A DNA stretch of 64,000 bases. Source: an uncultured Acidobacteriota bacterium. Its GTDB lineage: Bacteria; Acidobacteriota; Terriglobia; UBA7540. A program made the translations under genes and the position numbers. This document shows positions 49,866 to 59,060 of this stretch, piece after piece; within the stretch, counting starts at the first letter, position 1, and each line of letters opens with the position of its first letter. A model generated the notes under the pieces. That model did not search any database. It had not been told where the DNA came from and worked only from the letters and a program-made list of their open reading frames with translations. The stretch is taken from the NCBI GenBank assembly GCA_963804995.1, contig CAWDSK010000005.1, positions 160,001 through 224,000 of the forward strand, read 5' to 3'.

Positions 49866-51728
49866 ATGCCTTTCTCTCTGTTCAGGCGCAAGGGAAAATC
49901 CAATGATGAACAAACCCGCGGGGCTGTTAGCGCAGAAGCTTGGAAGGCTCAAGCGCCTCCAGCGGACGGCGGCAGGCTGATTGTCCTCACCGCCCCGCTG
50001 ACGGAGACCATTGACCATGCCGGATACTTCATCCAGATGGCGCTGGCCTCGCTGCCAACTTGGATGGAGTTTGTGATTAACAACAAATACCCCTCGTGGC
50101 GCCACGTGGAGCGGCATCCTGACGGTTCGGCGCTTACCATGCCGGCGGGGGTGCGGCTGGTTGAGCGCTCGCTGCTTCGCGAATTCAGCCCCGACCAAGT
50201 CGTAGCCTGCTATCCCGATGACCTGGAAAAGTTCGTTGGACCCAATACCCGTGTGGTCTCAGTCTCCACGCACAACCCGCTGGGCGTGACCTTCGCCGCG
50301 GGTGTTTACACTTCGATGTTCGGGTCGTCGAAGGAACCCATCAACTCCCATTACGCCAAGATGGTGTTTGCCAAGATCAAGGCCAGCCCCTACCGCCAGA
50401 ACTTCAAAGTCATCGTGGGAGGGTCCGGCGGGTGGCAGATCAGCAACACCAACAGTTACGAAGCCCTGAGCGTGGACTGCGTCGTGGAAGGCAGGAGCGA
50501 GCCCGAGGAGTGCACCGAACTCTTCCGCCGGGCCATTCGCGGCGAAGATTTGCCCCGGGAGGTTACGATCGCGCACCCGGCGCGGCGCGAGGGCATTCTC
50601 GTCCCCGAAAAACGCACCACGTTCGGAGTGGTTGAAATGACCACCGGCTGCGGCCGCCGCTGTCAATTCTGCGTGCCCGACCTGAATCCGCAGATCGATG
50701 TGCCGAAAGAAAAGATCATGAGGGCGGTGCGGGCGAATGCCCGGGAGGGCAACCCGCAAATATCGCTCGCCACCGAAGACATGTTCATCTGGGGGCAAGT
50801 GGGGACCGACACGCCTTTCTTTTTCCCCAATCGGGAGGCCCTGCTGGACCTCTACTCCGAGATCATCCATACGCCGGGCATCACGCACCATGTGCTCAGT
50901 CATGCGACGGTCGCTCCCTTCGTGGTCGACCCACTGCTGATCAAGAAACTCTCGGAGATCCTGGTGCCCAAGAGTCCCATTCGCCTGCGCATGAGCACGC
51001 ATCCGGAGAAGCGGGCCTTGTCGCCTCTCGTTGGACTCGAGACCGGATCAGTGCGAATGGCCAAGCGCATCATGCCCAGCAAGGCGGTGCCCTTCCCCAT
51101 TGACCATTGGCCCAGCGTGGTGCTGGAAGGTTTGCGTGTCGCTAATGAGAACAACTGGTTCCCGACCATGACCCTGATGGTGGGGAACCCCGGCGAGACG
51201 GACGAAGATTCCCGAGCCACGCTCGACCTGCTTTACGAAATCAAGCGCCGCGGGCTCTTCGCTGTCTTGATTCCTTCCATCTTCACGCCCCTGCACGACA
51301 CGCGCATGGAAAAACAGAAAGGCGTGAGTGAGACTCGCAATCTCACACCTCTGCAATGGCAAGTCATCATGAAGTGCTGGCAGATGGATCTCGGTCCCAT
51401 TTCGCATACCTGGTGGGCGCCGCTGATGTGGAAAGCGGGCGCCTTCGTGACTTGGCTCCTAAAGCTCCGGCGCACCAATGGGCCGAATTTCACCTGGCCG
51501 CTCATCCTGTTCGCAGGAGTGATCCCCGAAAAGATCCTGGCGAAAATGGGCAAGATCTATGTTGGGCAGCCCCTGAAGACCAAGAACCGGAAGGAGCTGC
51601 TCGCCACCCTGAAGGAACACTACTGGCAATTTCTCCGTGCCGATAACGGCGACATGCCCGGGGATTCCACGCCGGCTGTGAACATCCCCAGAGGCGCGGC
51701 TGAAGAAGGAATGGAAGTGCTGGCGTAA
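49866..51728 (+). CDS. Radical SAM protein (B12-binding-domain type)
   Basis: CGRRCQFC, VIVGGSG, GLETGS and GNPGET motifs. Confidence 0.85.
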   Translation: MPFSLFRRKGKSNDEQTRGAVSAEAWKAQAPPADGGRLIVLTAPLTETIDHAGYFIQMALASLPTWMEFVINNKYPSWRHVERHPDGSALTMPAGVRLVERSLLREFSPDQVVACYPDDLEKFVGPNTRVVSVSTHNPLGVTFAAGVYTSMFGSSKEPINSHYAKMVFAKIKASPYRQNFKVIVGGSGGWQISNTNSYEALSVDCVVEGRSEPEECTELFRRAIRGEDLPREVTIAHPARREGILVPEKRTTFGVVEMTTGCGRRCQFCVPDLNPQIDVPKEKIMRAVRANAREGNPQISLATEDMFIWGQVGTDTPFFFPNREALLDLYSEIIHTPGITHHVLSHATVAPFVVDPLLIKKLSEILVPKSPIRLRMSTHPEKRALSPLVGLETGSVRMAKRIMPSKAVPFPIDHWPSVVLEGLRVANENNWFPTMTLMVGNPGETDEDSRATLDLLYEIKRRGLFAVLIPSIFTPLHDTRMEKQKGVSETRNLTPLQWQVIMKCWQMDLGPISHTWWAPLMWKAGAFVTWLLKLRRTNGPNFTWPLILFAGVIPEKILAKMGKIYVGQPLKTKNRKELLATLKEHYWQFLRADNGDMPGDSTPAVNIPRGAAEEGMEVLA

Positions 51729-51986
51729 ACGAAAGCGGGGGGAAGGAAAGAGCCGTCGGCGCCGGCAGCAATGGTTTACCCCCACCTACGCAGCCTTGGG
51801 TTTGGCGCTGTATCCGAAGTCGTGCGTCATCCCAATTCCGCCTAAATCTCGCCCGGATTTCTCACCAGGCCATACCATCTTCTTTGAGCGGCCGGAAGGG
51901 CGGGGCTTCAGCCCCACCCTTCCAAACCCACTGCGCATCTTAGGGGACTCTTTGAGCCGGAGCATGGTAGTATATTACCGGTTGAC

Positions 51987-54900
51987 ATGACTGCCTGTTT
52001 TCCCGCGCGTATGAGGCGCCTGCGGTTCCGCAGTGCTTCAATCGCAATAATCGGTTTCGCCGCTTGGCTGACGCTCTGGGTGCCGGGGGGAGTCCTACGC
52101 GCCGCGCCGGCCGAGGGGGACGCGGACAAGGCAGTTATTCTCTTTGACAGCCTGGCCGAACCCCACGCCGAATCGTACATTCATGCCCTCTTCCTGAAAA
52201 ACCTGCTGACCCACTTCGGTCTCGAGGGAGACCTCATCCCGGTCAACGTGTATAAGCGGGGGCAATTGGCCGGCTACCGGGCGGGTTTCTTGATCGCCTC
52301 GACACTCGGCGCACAGATTCCGTCTGCCGTGCTCGCTGACGTGCTGGCGACTGACCGGCCTTTCGCCTGGATGGGCGGACATATCGATCAACTCCTCGAA
52401 ATCCCGGAAGCGCGCCGCCGTTTCGGCTTCAGCTTTGTCGAATATCGCACCGACCTCGATTACAGACACGTTGAGTACAAGGATACCCTCCTGGCCAAAC
52501 CGGAGCCGGACCTGAACATCGTGTCGATTACGAACCCGAAAGTCGCCCAGGTGGTGGCGACCGCCCTCAATCAGAAAAAAGTTTCGAATCCGTACGTAGT
52601 GAAGAGTGGCCACTTCTGGTACTTTGCCGACCGGCCGCTTTCCTACATGTCGGAAGGAACCCGCTACCTGGTGGTGTGTGACCTGCTCCATGACATCCTG
52701 GGCATCGACCACCCCGCCGAACAACGCGCCCTGGTACGCATCGAAGACGTGAGCGTGGACGACGATCCCGATGACCTCGTCAAGATTGCGGACATGCTCA
52801 AAAGCCGGCATGTGCCCTTTCAGATAGCCATCATCCCGATCTTCCGCGACCCCGCGCATTCGCTGGAGATCCGCCTGGGGGACCGCAAAGCGACCGTGGC
52901 GGCGATCCAGGCCATGGTGGCTCGCGGTGGGACGCCGGTCATGCACGGAACCACCCATCAGGTCCATGGGCTGAGCGGAGATGAGTACGAGTTCTGGGAT
53001 GAGCTGGGCGATCGGCCCGTGGGGGCCGACTCGGCGGAATTCGTGCGACGTCGGTTGCGGCAAGGCTTGAATGAGTTTTTCGCAAACGGAATCTATCCGG
53101 TCGCCTATGAGGTCCCGCACTACGCGGCGTCTGAGATCGACTACCGCACCCTGGGCCAAACGTTCTCGCTATTTTACGATCGCCCCATGGTGGTACCCGA
53201 CGCCACGACTCAACAGCTTGTGCCCTACCCCGTCGTGGATGGGTACGGCCGTCACATCATTCCGGAAGACATGGGATATCTTCCCGAAGACGATCCCGAC
53301 CCAGAAAAGTTGATCCGTTACGCCCACAGCCTGCGGGTGGTGCGCGATGGGATCGCCTCCTTCTACTTCCACCCGTTTCTGAACCAGAAGCTTCTGGAGC
53401 GAATCGTCCAAGGGGTTACCGAACAGGGCTATCACTTTGTTTCCTTGCGCGAGTTCGGCGGCACGGTTGACTTTGACGGGCTCTACGCGGTTCGTACGGC
53501 TACGGGGAATGTCCGCCTGTCCCCCCAGGATGAGTATTGGCGGGTGCAACAATTCGATGCCGGCGGCAGGTTGGTACGGACCGATCTATCGCCTGCGAGA
53601 ATGAAAGGCCCGGTTGATGTGGCGGTCGAGGTGCCGCCGGGCGGGTATACGGCCGTTGATTGCCTGCGCCAGTTGCCACGCGAACCTGAGCGCGCCACGA
53701 CTTGGCTCGAGCGGCTGCGGTTGTGGTGGAGCGGTGGACCGCCGCCCCCTCCTGCGCCCTCCACCGTGGTTCGCGACAAGTTCTCCGGGCCTCCCGTTGC
53801 TTGGCTCCTTTGGTTGGACAAACCCTCCCCCGGCGCGGGATTCAACCAGGAGAGTTACAAGACGGTGCTTGAGGCTTTGGGGTACCAGGTGCAGGTTGTA
53901 AAGAGCACCAAGTTCACCAGCCCACCGAGGGCCAGGGACGTGCTGCTGGTCATACCTCACGCCGTAGGGGCGCGGCTACCGGACGCGCGGCAAAAGCAGA
54001 TTGCGCAGTATCTCATGTCAGGCGGTGAAGTGCTTGCCGACCGGCAGCAGCCTTGGCTCGAAAAGGCCGGGTTTGCATTCCCAGGCGGCCAGATGGTGAT
54101 TACTTCCGTCACCGATTCTGAACACGCGGAAATGAAGTTGACCTGGCGGCCCGAGGAACGCATCGCGCGGTTTACGGCGCCGGAGGGCGCCCGGGAATTG
54201 ATGACCGATACGGAAAGCGGCCAACCGCTGGCGGTATCCGGTTCCGCCGGGGCAGGCCACTATCTGTACCTCGCAGCGGCGCTCGATAATCACACCAAAG
54301 ACGGCACCAGCCACTATCCCTATTTCCCGGAATACCTCAGCACCACGTTCGGCGTCAGCACCCCCCTGCGCAACACGCGCCTGGACGTTTACTTCGATCC
54401 CAGCTATCGCCCCGGCGCCGACTTCAACCGGCTGGCCACCATCTGGCGCCGCTCCGGCATCAGCACGATTCATGTCGCCGCGTGGTTGTCCACGCGCCAG
54501 TGGCCGTTTCCCTATGAAGAATTCATCCGCGACTGCCACCGCAATGGCATCGCGGTCTACGCCTGGTTCGTCTTCCCGGCCGTGGATAAGGTGGTGCCGA
54601 TCAGTAAGGGTACGATGTGGGATGAGCATCCGGAATGGCGGGAGAAAACTGCGGCCGGCACCGACGGCCAAGTCGGCTGGCGATACTTGATGAATTTCCA
54701 GGATCCCGACTGCTTCCAGGCAGCGATGGATTGGATGAAAGGCATCCTTAATCAGAGCGATTGGGATGGCGTCAATATCGCGGAATTGAACTTCGATGCC
54801 GACTTCAAGGATTACCTGCGCCCGGACAAGTTTGTTCCCATGAACGACATTGTGCGCGCGGACTTTAAGAAGAAAGCCGGCTTTGACCCCATCCAGTTAT

Positions 54901-56012
54901 TCCGGCCCGGCTCCCCCCACTACTACAAAACTGACCCGGCCGGGTTTGCTGCCTTCGAACATTACCGCGAAGACATCGTGATGGATTGGCACCGGCGCGT
55001 GCTGGGGGAAATCGAGCCCCTGCGCAAGCAGCACGGCTGGGAAGTCATCGTCACCGCGCTCGATAGCCTGCACGACAACTACGTAAAGCCTGCGCTGGGC
55101 ATGGACTCGCGCCGCCTGGTGGGCTTGATGAACGAATTCCCGTTCACCCTCCAGATCGAGGATCCCGCGCGCTTTTGGATGGCGCCCCCCGACCGCTACC
55201 AGCGTTTCGCTGCCACCTATCGAAAATTGATCCCCGATCCGCGCCGCCTGATGTTTGACGTCAATGTGGTCCCCGATCGGGATTTGAAGGGCACTTTCCT
55301 GCCCTCGTTCACAGCTACGGGCACGGAGTTGGCGCTGACGGTTGCCAGCGCCGCTTCTGTCGCGGGGCGGGTAGCGGTGTATTCGGAGCACACCGTGCCG
55401 CCCCAGGATTGGGATCTTATCCAGGTGGTGTTAACCCATCAGGCCTCGATCACCCCGGAGCGCAACGGCGTGGAGGTCAACACCCGCACCTCCCTACTCT
55501 TCACCCCCGCGGACGATCCTCTTTATTACGTCGACGGCCGCCTCTGGCCCGCTTTTTCTGCGGACGGCGTGGTGCTGCCCAGGGGACGGCACTCCATCTC
55601 CCCCAAACAGGATTGGTGGCGCTTCCTTCACACCGACGAATTCCAAGCGCGCATTGTGAATAGCTCCGCGGATCTGCTCGACGCCCAGGCTGACGCCACC
55701 AACCTGAAGTTCCATTATTGGTCGCCGGGCCGGGCGGTCATCACTTTCGATCAGCAGCCGCGTGATATCCTGGTGGATGGCGCCTCCCAGACCTTGCCCA
55801 CCGAGCGCAACCTCCGCAACTGGGCGGTGGTTTTCCCTTCCGGTGACCACCACGTTCTGGTTATCACAAATACCAAAGCCGGGGTGGCCGTGAATGTGGT
55901 AGGCTGGGCTTCTTCCTGGGCCATCGGCGCTTTCGGCATCCTGGTGACGGCCCTCATGGTGATTGTCTACTTGCAACTGCGCCTGGAGCGAATTATAAAA
56001 CGTAATGGATAG
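51987..56012 (+). CDS. Large periplasmic DUF2334 polysaccharide deacetylase fused to a glycoside-hydrolase-like domain, with C-terminal TM anchor
   Basis: Signal peptide; RIEDV, MHGTTHQ, PHY and FYFHPF deacetylase motifs; later CHRNGIAVYAW...HPEW...WDGVNIAE TIM-barrel-like region. Confidence 0.75.
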   Translation: MTACFPARMRRLRFRSASIAIIGFAAWLTLWVPGGVLRAAPAEGDADKAVILFDSLAEPHAESYIHALFLKNLLTHFGLEGDLIPVNVYKRGQLAGYRAGFLIASTLGAQIPSAVLADVLATDRPFAWMGGHIDQLLEIPEARRRFGFSFVEYRTDLDYRHVEYKDTLLAKPEPDLNIVSITNPKVAQVVATALNQKKVSNPYVVKSGHFWYFADRPLSYMSEGTRYLVVCDLLHDILGIDHPAEQRALVRIEDVSVDDDPDDLVKIADMLKSRHVPFQIAIIPIFRDPAHSLEIRLGDRKATVAAIQAMVARGGTPVMHGTTHQVHGLSGDEYEFWDELGDRPVGADSAEFVRRRLRQGLNEFFANGIYPVAYEVPHYAASEIDYRTLGQTFSLFYDRPMVVPDATTQQLVPYPVVDGYGRHIIPEDMGYLPEDDPDPEKLIRYAHSLRVVRDGIASFYFHPFLNQKLLERIVQGVTEQGYHFVSLREFGGTVDFDGLYAVRTATGNVRLSPQDEYWRVQQFDAGGRLVRTDLSPARMKGPVDVAVEVPPGGYTAVDCLRQLPREPERATTWLERLRLWWSGGPPPPPAPSTVVRDKFSGPPVAWLLWLDKPSPGAGFNQESYKTVLEALGYQVQVVKSTKFTSPPRARDVLLVIPHAVGARLPDARQKQIAQYLMSGGEVLADRQQPWLEKAGFAFPGGQMVITSVTDSEHAEMKLTWRPEERIARFTAPEGARELMTDTESGQPLAVSGSAGAGHYLYLAAALDNHTKDGTSHYPYFPEYLSTTFGVSTPLRNTRLDVYFDPSYRPGADFNRLATIWRRSGISTIHVAAWLSTRQWPFPYEEFIRDCHRNGIAVYAWFVFPAVDKVVPISKGTMWDEHPEWREKTAAGTDGQVGWRYLMNFQDPDCFQAAMDWMKGILNQSDWDGVNIAELNFDADFKDYLRPDKFVPMNDIVRADFKKKAGFDPIQLFRPGSPHYYKTDPAGFAAFEHYREDIVMDWHRRVLGEIEPLRKQHGWEVIVTALDSLHDNYVKPALGMDSRRLVGLMNEFPFTLQIEDPARFWMAPPDRYQRFAATYRKLIPDPRRLMFDVNVVPDRDLKGTFLPSFTATGTELALTVASAASVAGRVAVYSEHTVPPQDWDLIQVVLTHQASITPERNGVEVNTRTSLLFTPADDPLYYVDGRLWPAFSADGVVLPRGRHSISPKQDWWRFLHTDEFQARIVNSSADLLDAQADATNLKFHYWSPGRAVITFDQQPRDILVDGASQTLPTERNLRNWAVVFPSGDHHVLVITNTKAGVAVNVVGWASSWAIGAFGILVTALMVIVYLQLRLERIIKRNG

Positions 56013-56018
56013 AATCAT

Positions 56019-57287
56019 ATGCCTTACTCTAGTTGGGTCATCGACGGCTTCTTTGTCGCCACTGTTGCCCTGATCTGGTTCATGCTGGGGTACCAGTCCG
56101 TGCTCTTTTTCCTCGGGCACGGTTATTACCGGCGCACTCGCAAAGTTGCGCTGAAGACGCCGCAGCTCCCCGATTCCGAGCTGCCTTGCATCTCCGTGCT
56201 GGTGCCCTGCCACAATGAAGGGCGGGTTATCGCGCACACGATTCGCGCCCTCCAAAACCTGGTCTACCCGCCCGAAAAAATCGAGTTCCTCCTCATCAAC
56301 GATGGCAGCACGGACAACACCGCGCAGGTCATCCGCAGCTTCGCCGCCGATCCCCGCGTCCGCCTGCTGGACGTGCCTCCTAACCTCAGTGCCCGGGGCA
56401 AAGCCAGTGCGCTCAACTATGCCTTGACTCAGGCGCGCTATCCGGTCCTGTCCATTTATGATGCCGACAACCTTCCAGAGCCCACCGCCATTCGTACCCT
56501 GGCTTCAGAACTGGTGCGTCACCCGGAGCTGGCCGCCGCCGTGGGCATGTACCGCGCTTGGAACCGCCGCCGCGCCCTGCTGACCCGCTTCATCAACATC
56601 GAGGGCATCGGCTTCCAGTGGATTCTCCAGGCCGGCCGCTGGATGATGATGCGCCTCACCTTCCTGCCGGGCACAAACTACGTCATTCATAAGGCCATCA
56701 TCGAAAAACTTGGAGGCTGGGATGAGCAGGCCCTGACCGAGGATTCTGAACTGACCGTGCGCATTTATCAGGCGGGGTACGCCGTCCAGTTTGTTCCTAC
56801 CTCCGTCAGTTGGGAACAGGAACCGGAATCTTTCCTGAACTGGTTTCGGCAGCGCCGCCGCTGGGTGCGGGGCTTCAACTACGTGATGGTGAAACATTCC
56901 GCGGGGCTGCTGCGCACCCGCCCGCGTCGCGTGGCGTTTGAAATCCTCTCCTCGCACTTGTTGTACTACTTCTTCTTCCTGGCCGTCGTCATCTCCGATA
57001 TCCTCTTCGTTCTCTGCCTCTCACACCTCATCGTCATCAACGTGCCCGGACCTTACAGCATTGTGTGGATTCTTGCCTACGCCACGTTTGTCCTGGAGCT
57101 CGTGATCGCGCTCTCCTGTGAGCGCGGCGAAGATTCCATGCTCAATATTCTGTTGACCGTCCTCATGTACTTCACCTATTGCCAGCTTTGGATTCCCGTG
57201 GTGGCGGCGGCCTTCTACGATGACTTCATCATTCATCGCGAGATGAAATGGGCGAAGACGGAACGCTATCAGGTGGATCCGGCGTGA
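56019..57287 (+). CDS. Processive GT2 glycosyltransferase (YdaM/IcaA-like)
   Basis: DGSTD, GKASALN, YDAD, LTED and QRRRW motifs with TM helices. Confidence 0.9.
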   Translation: MPYSSWVIDGFFVATVALIWFMLGYQSVLFFLGHGYYRRTRKVALKTPQLPDSELPCISVLVPCHNEGRVIAHTIRALQNLVYPPEKIEFLLINDGSTDNTAQVIRSFAADPRVRLLDVPPNLSARGKASALNYALTQARYPVLSIYDADNLPEPTAIRTLASELVRHPELAAAVGMYRAWNRRRALLTRFINIEGIGFQWILQAGRWMMMRLTFLPGTNYVIHKAIIEKLGGWDEQALTEDSELTVRIYQAGYAVQFVPTSVSWEQEPESFLNWFRQRRRWVRGFNYVMVKHSAGLLRTRPRRVAFEILSSHLLYYFFFLAVVISDILFVLCLSHLIVINVPGPYSIVWILAYATFVLELVIALSCERGEDSMLNILLTVLMYFTYCQLWIPVVAAAFYDDFIIHREMKWAKTERYQVDPA

Positions 57288-57289
57288 GG

Positions 57290-57410
57290 GATTTTAGATT
57301 TTGGATTTTCGATTTTAGATTTCAAATTTTCGATTTTAGATTTTCGGTTTTGAATTTCCGATTTTGGATTCTCGATTTTGAATCTTGAATTTTAAATCTT
57401 GAATTAAAAA
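57290..57410. repeat. Heptamer tandem array (ATTTT(A/C/G)G)
   Basis: About 16 degenerate 7-bp units. Confidence 0.85.
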
Positions 57411-57493
57411 GTACCCCAGTTGGCTGGAGCAGCCCCCTGACCATTTGATTCTGCCCCCGCCTACCCATCCGCTGCCTCTCGGAAACTCATCCC

Positions 57494-58627
57494 ATGAGTC
57501 ATAAACGCTTTCACGTTCTCGTGGTCTTCGGCACGCGTCCGGAAGCCATCAAGCTTGCCCCGGTCATCCATGAACTCCGGCGCGCGCGAAGCCAGTTCAA
57601 GACCAGCATCTGCATCAGCTCCCAGCACCGGGATTTGCTGGAGCCGATTCTGCGCTGGTTTCGCATCCCGGTGGATTACGATCTGGACGTCATGCGTCCC
57701 GATCAGGAATTGTGCGGGCTGTCGGCGCGCATTCTGGAGAGGTTTCACGACGTGCTCACGCGCTGCCGGCCGGACCTGGTTCTGGTGCAGGGAGACACCA
57801 CCACGGTCATGACGGCCGGCCTGGCGGCCTTCTATCATCGCGTCCCCGTGGGCCATGTGGAAGCGGGGCTGCGCACGCTCAACCGCTATTCACCCTTCCC
57901 TGAGGAGATCAACCGCCGCTTGGCCTCGCATCTCGCTGACCTGCACTTTGCGCCCACCCCGTGGGCTCGAAGCAATCTTCTGAAGGAAGGCATTGCGCGT
58001 AGAAGTATTTACGTTACGGGCAATACCGTCGTCGACGCGTTTCTGGAGACGCGCACGCGGGTGGTCCGCCATCCTCCGGCTCTTTCTGAACTTTCGGACC
58101 TCAAGCTGGGGACGCGGAAGCTGATCGTGGTGACCACCCATCGCCGTGAGAACTTTGGGCCCGGCCTCGCCAATATCTGCAAGGCGTTGCGCCGCCTGGC
58201 AACCGAGCGCGACGACATCGAGATCGTTCTCCCCGTTCATCCCAACCCCAACGTGCAGTCGGTGGTGCGGCCGCTGCTGGGCGGAATCGACCGCATCCAC
58301 TTGATCCAACCCATGGAGTATCCGCAATTCGTGCGCCTCTTGAGCTCGGCCTACCTGGCGCTTACCGACTCGGGCGGTATCCAGGAGGAAATGCCGTCCC
58401 TGGGACGGCCGGTCCTGGTGATGCGCGAGAAAACGGAACGCCCGGAAGGCGTGCAGGCAGGCGTGTGCAAGCTGGTCGGAACTTCGACGGAAGTGATTGT
58501 ACGCACCGTCAAGCAGTTGCTCGACGACCCCAAGGCCTACGCCCAATTTTCAAAACGCCGCAGCCCCTTCGGCGATGGCAAAGCCGCCCGGAAAATCGTA
58601 GCCACGCTCAAGAAACTTTACACCTGA
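57494..58627 (+). CDS. wecB: UDP-N-acetylglucosamine 2-epimerase (non-hydrolysing)
   Basis: FGTRPEAIK, QGDT, HVEAGLR, HRREN and TDSGGIQEE motifs. Confidence 0.95.
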   Translation: MSHKRFHVLVVFGTRPEAIKLAPVIHELRRARSQFKTSICISSQHRDLLEPILRWFRIPVDYDLDVMRPDQELCGLSARILERFHDVLTRCRPDLVLVQGDTTTVMTAGLAAFYHRVPVGHVEAGLRTLNRYSPFPEEINRRLASHLADLHFAPTPWARSNLLKEGIARRSIYVTGNTVVDAFLETRTRVVRHPPALSELSDLKLGTRKLIVVTTHRRENFGPGLANICKALRRLATERDDIEIVLPVHPNPNVQSVVRPLLGGIDRIHLIQPMEYPQFVRLLSSAYLALTDSGGIQEEMPSLGRPVLVMREKTERPEGVQAGVCKLVGTSTEVIVRTVKQLLDDPKAYAQFSKRRSPFGDGKAARKIVATLKKLYT

Positions 58628-58843
58628 GCCCCCGCGGCAATAATTTCCGCTGATTTCTCACCAGCCCAGGCTTTTTCTAATAAGCCACCCGAAGCAGCGG
58701 GATAGAATTGGAATTCATAGCCCTCTCCGAGGGGAGAGGGTGGACCGCCGCCGGCGCTTTCATCAGCCGGGGCGGGCCGGGTGAGGGGTCACTTCATCAC
58801 CAGACGTGGGGGGTGGAGGTCGAGCTCCGCATTGCGCGCTCTC

Positions 58844-58961
58844 CTAGGAGTGTGTCGGAAATAATAATTCGTCAACGAAGAATCAACAACTTACAGACAC
58901 TCGAATCTCGCTAAGTTATTAATTCTACGTACAACGAAATCTATCTCCGACAGGCTCCTAG
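58844..58961. mobile_element. CTAG-bounded MITE-like element
   Basis: CTAGGAGTGTGTCGGA ... TCCGACAGGCTCCTAG imperfect TIRs. Confidence 0.65.
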
Positions 58962-59060
58962 CCAGTCTTCGCAGGCCCACGACTTTGTGTCAATGTGGGA
59001 CTGTCCCATATGTTGCGCCACGCGAGGCGTAGCGACCGTAGTCCCACCAATTTCCCACCT

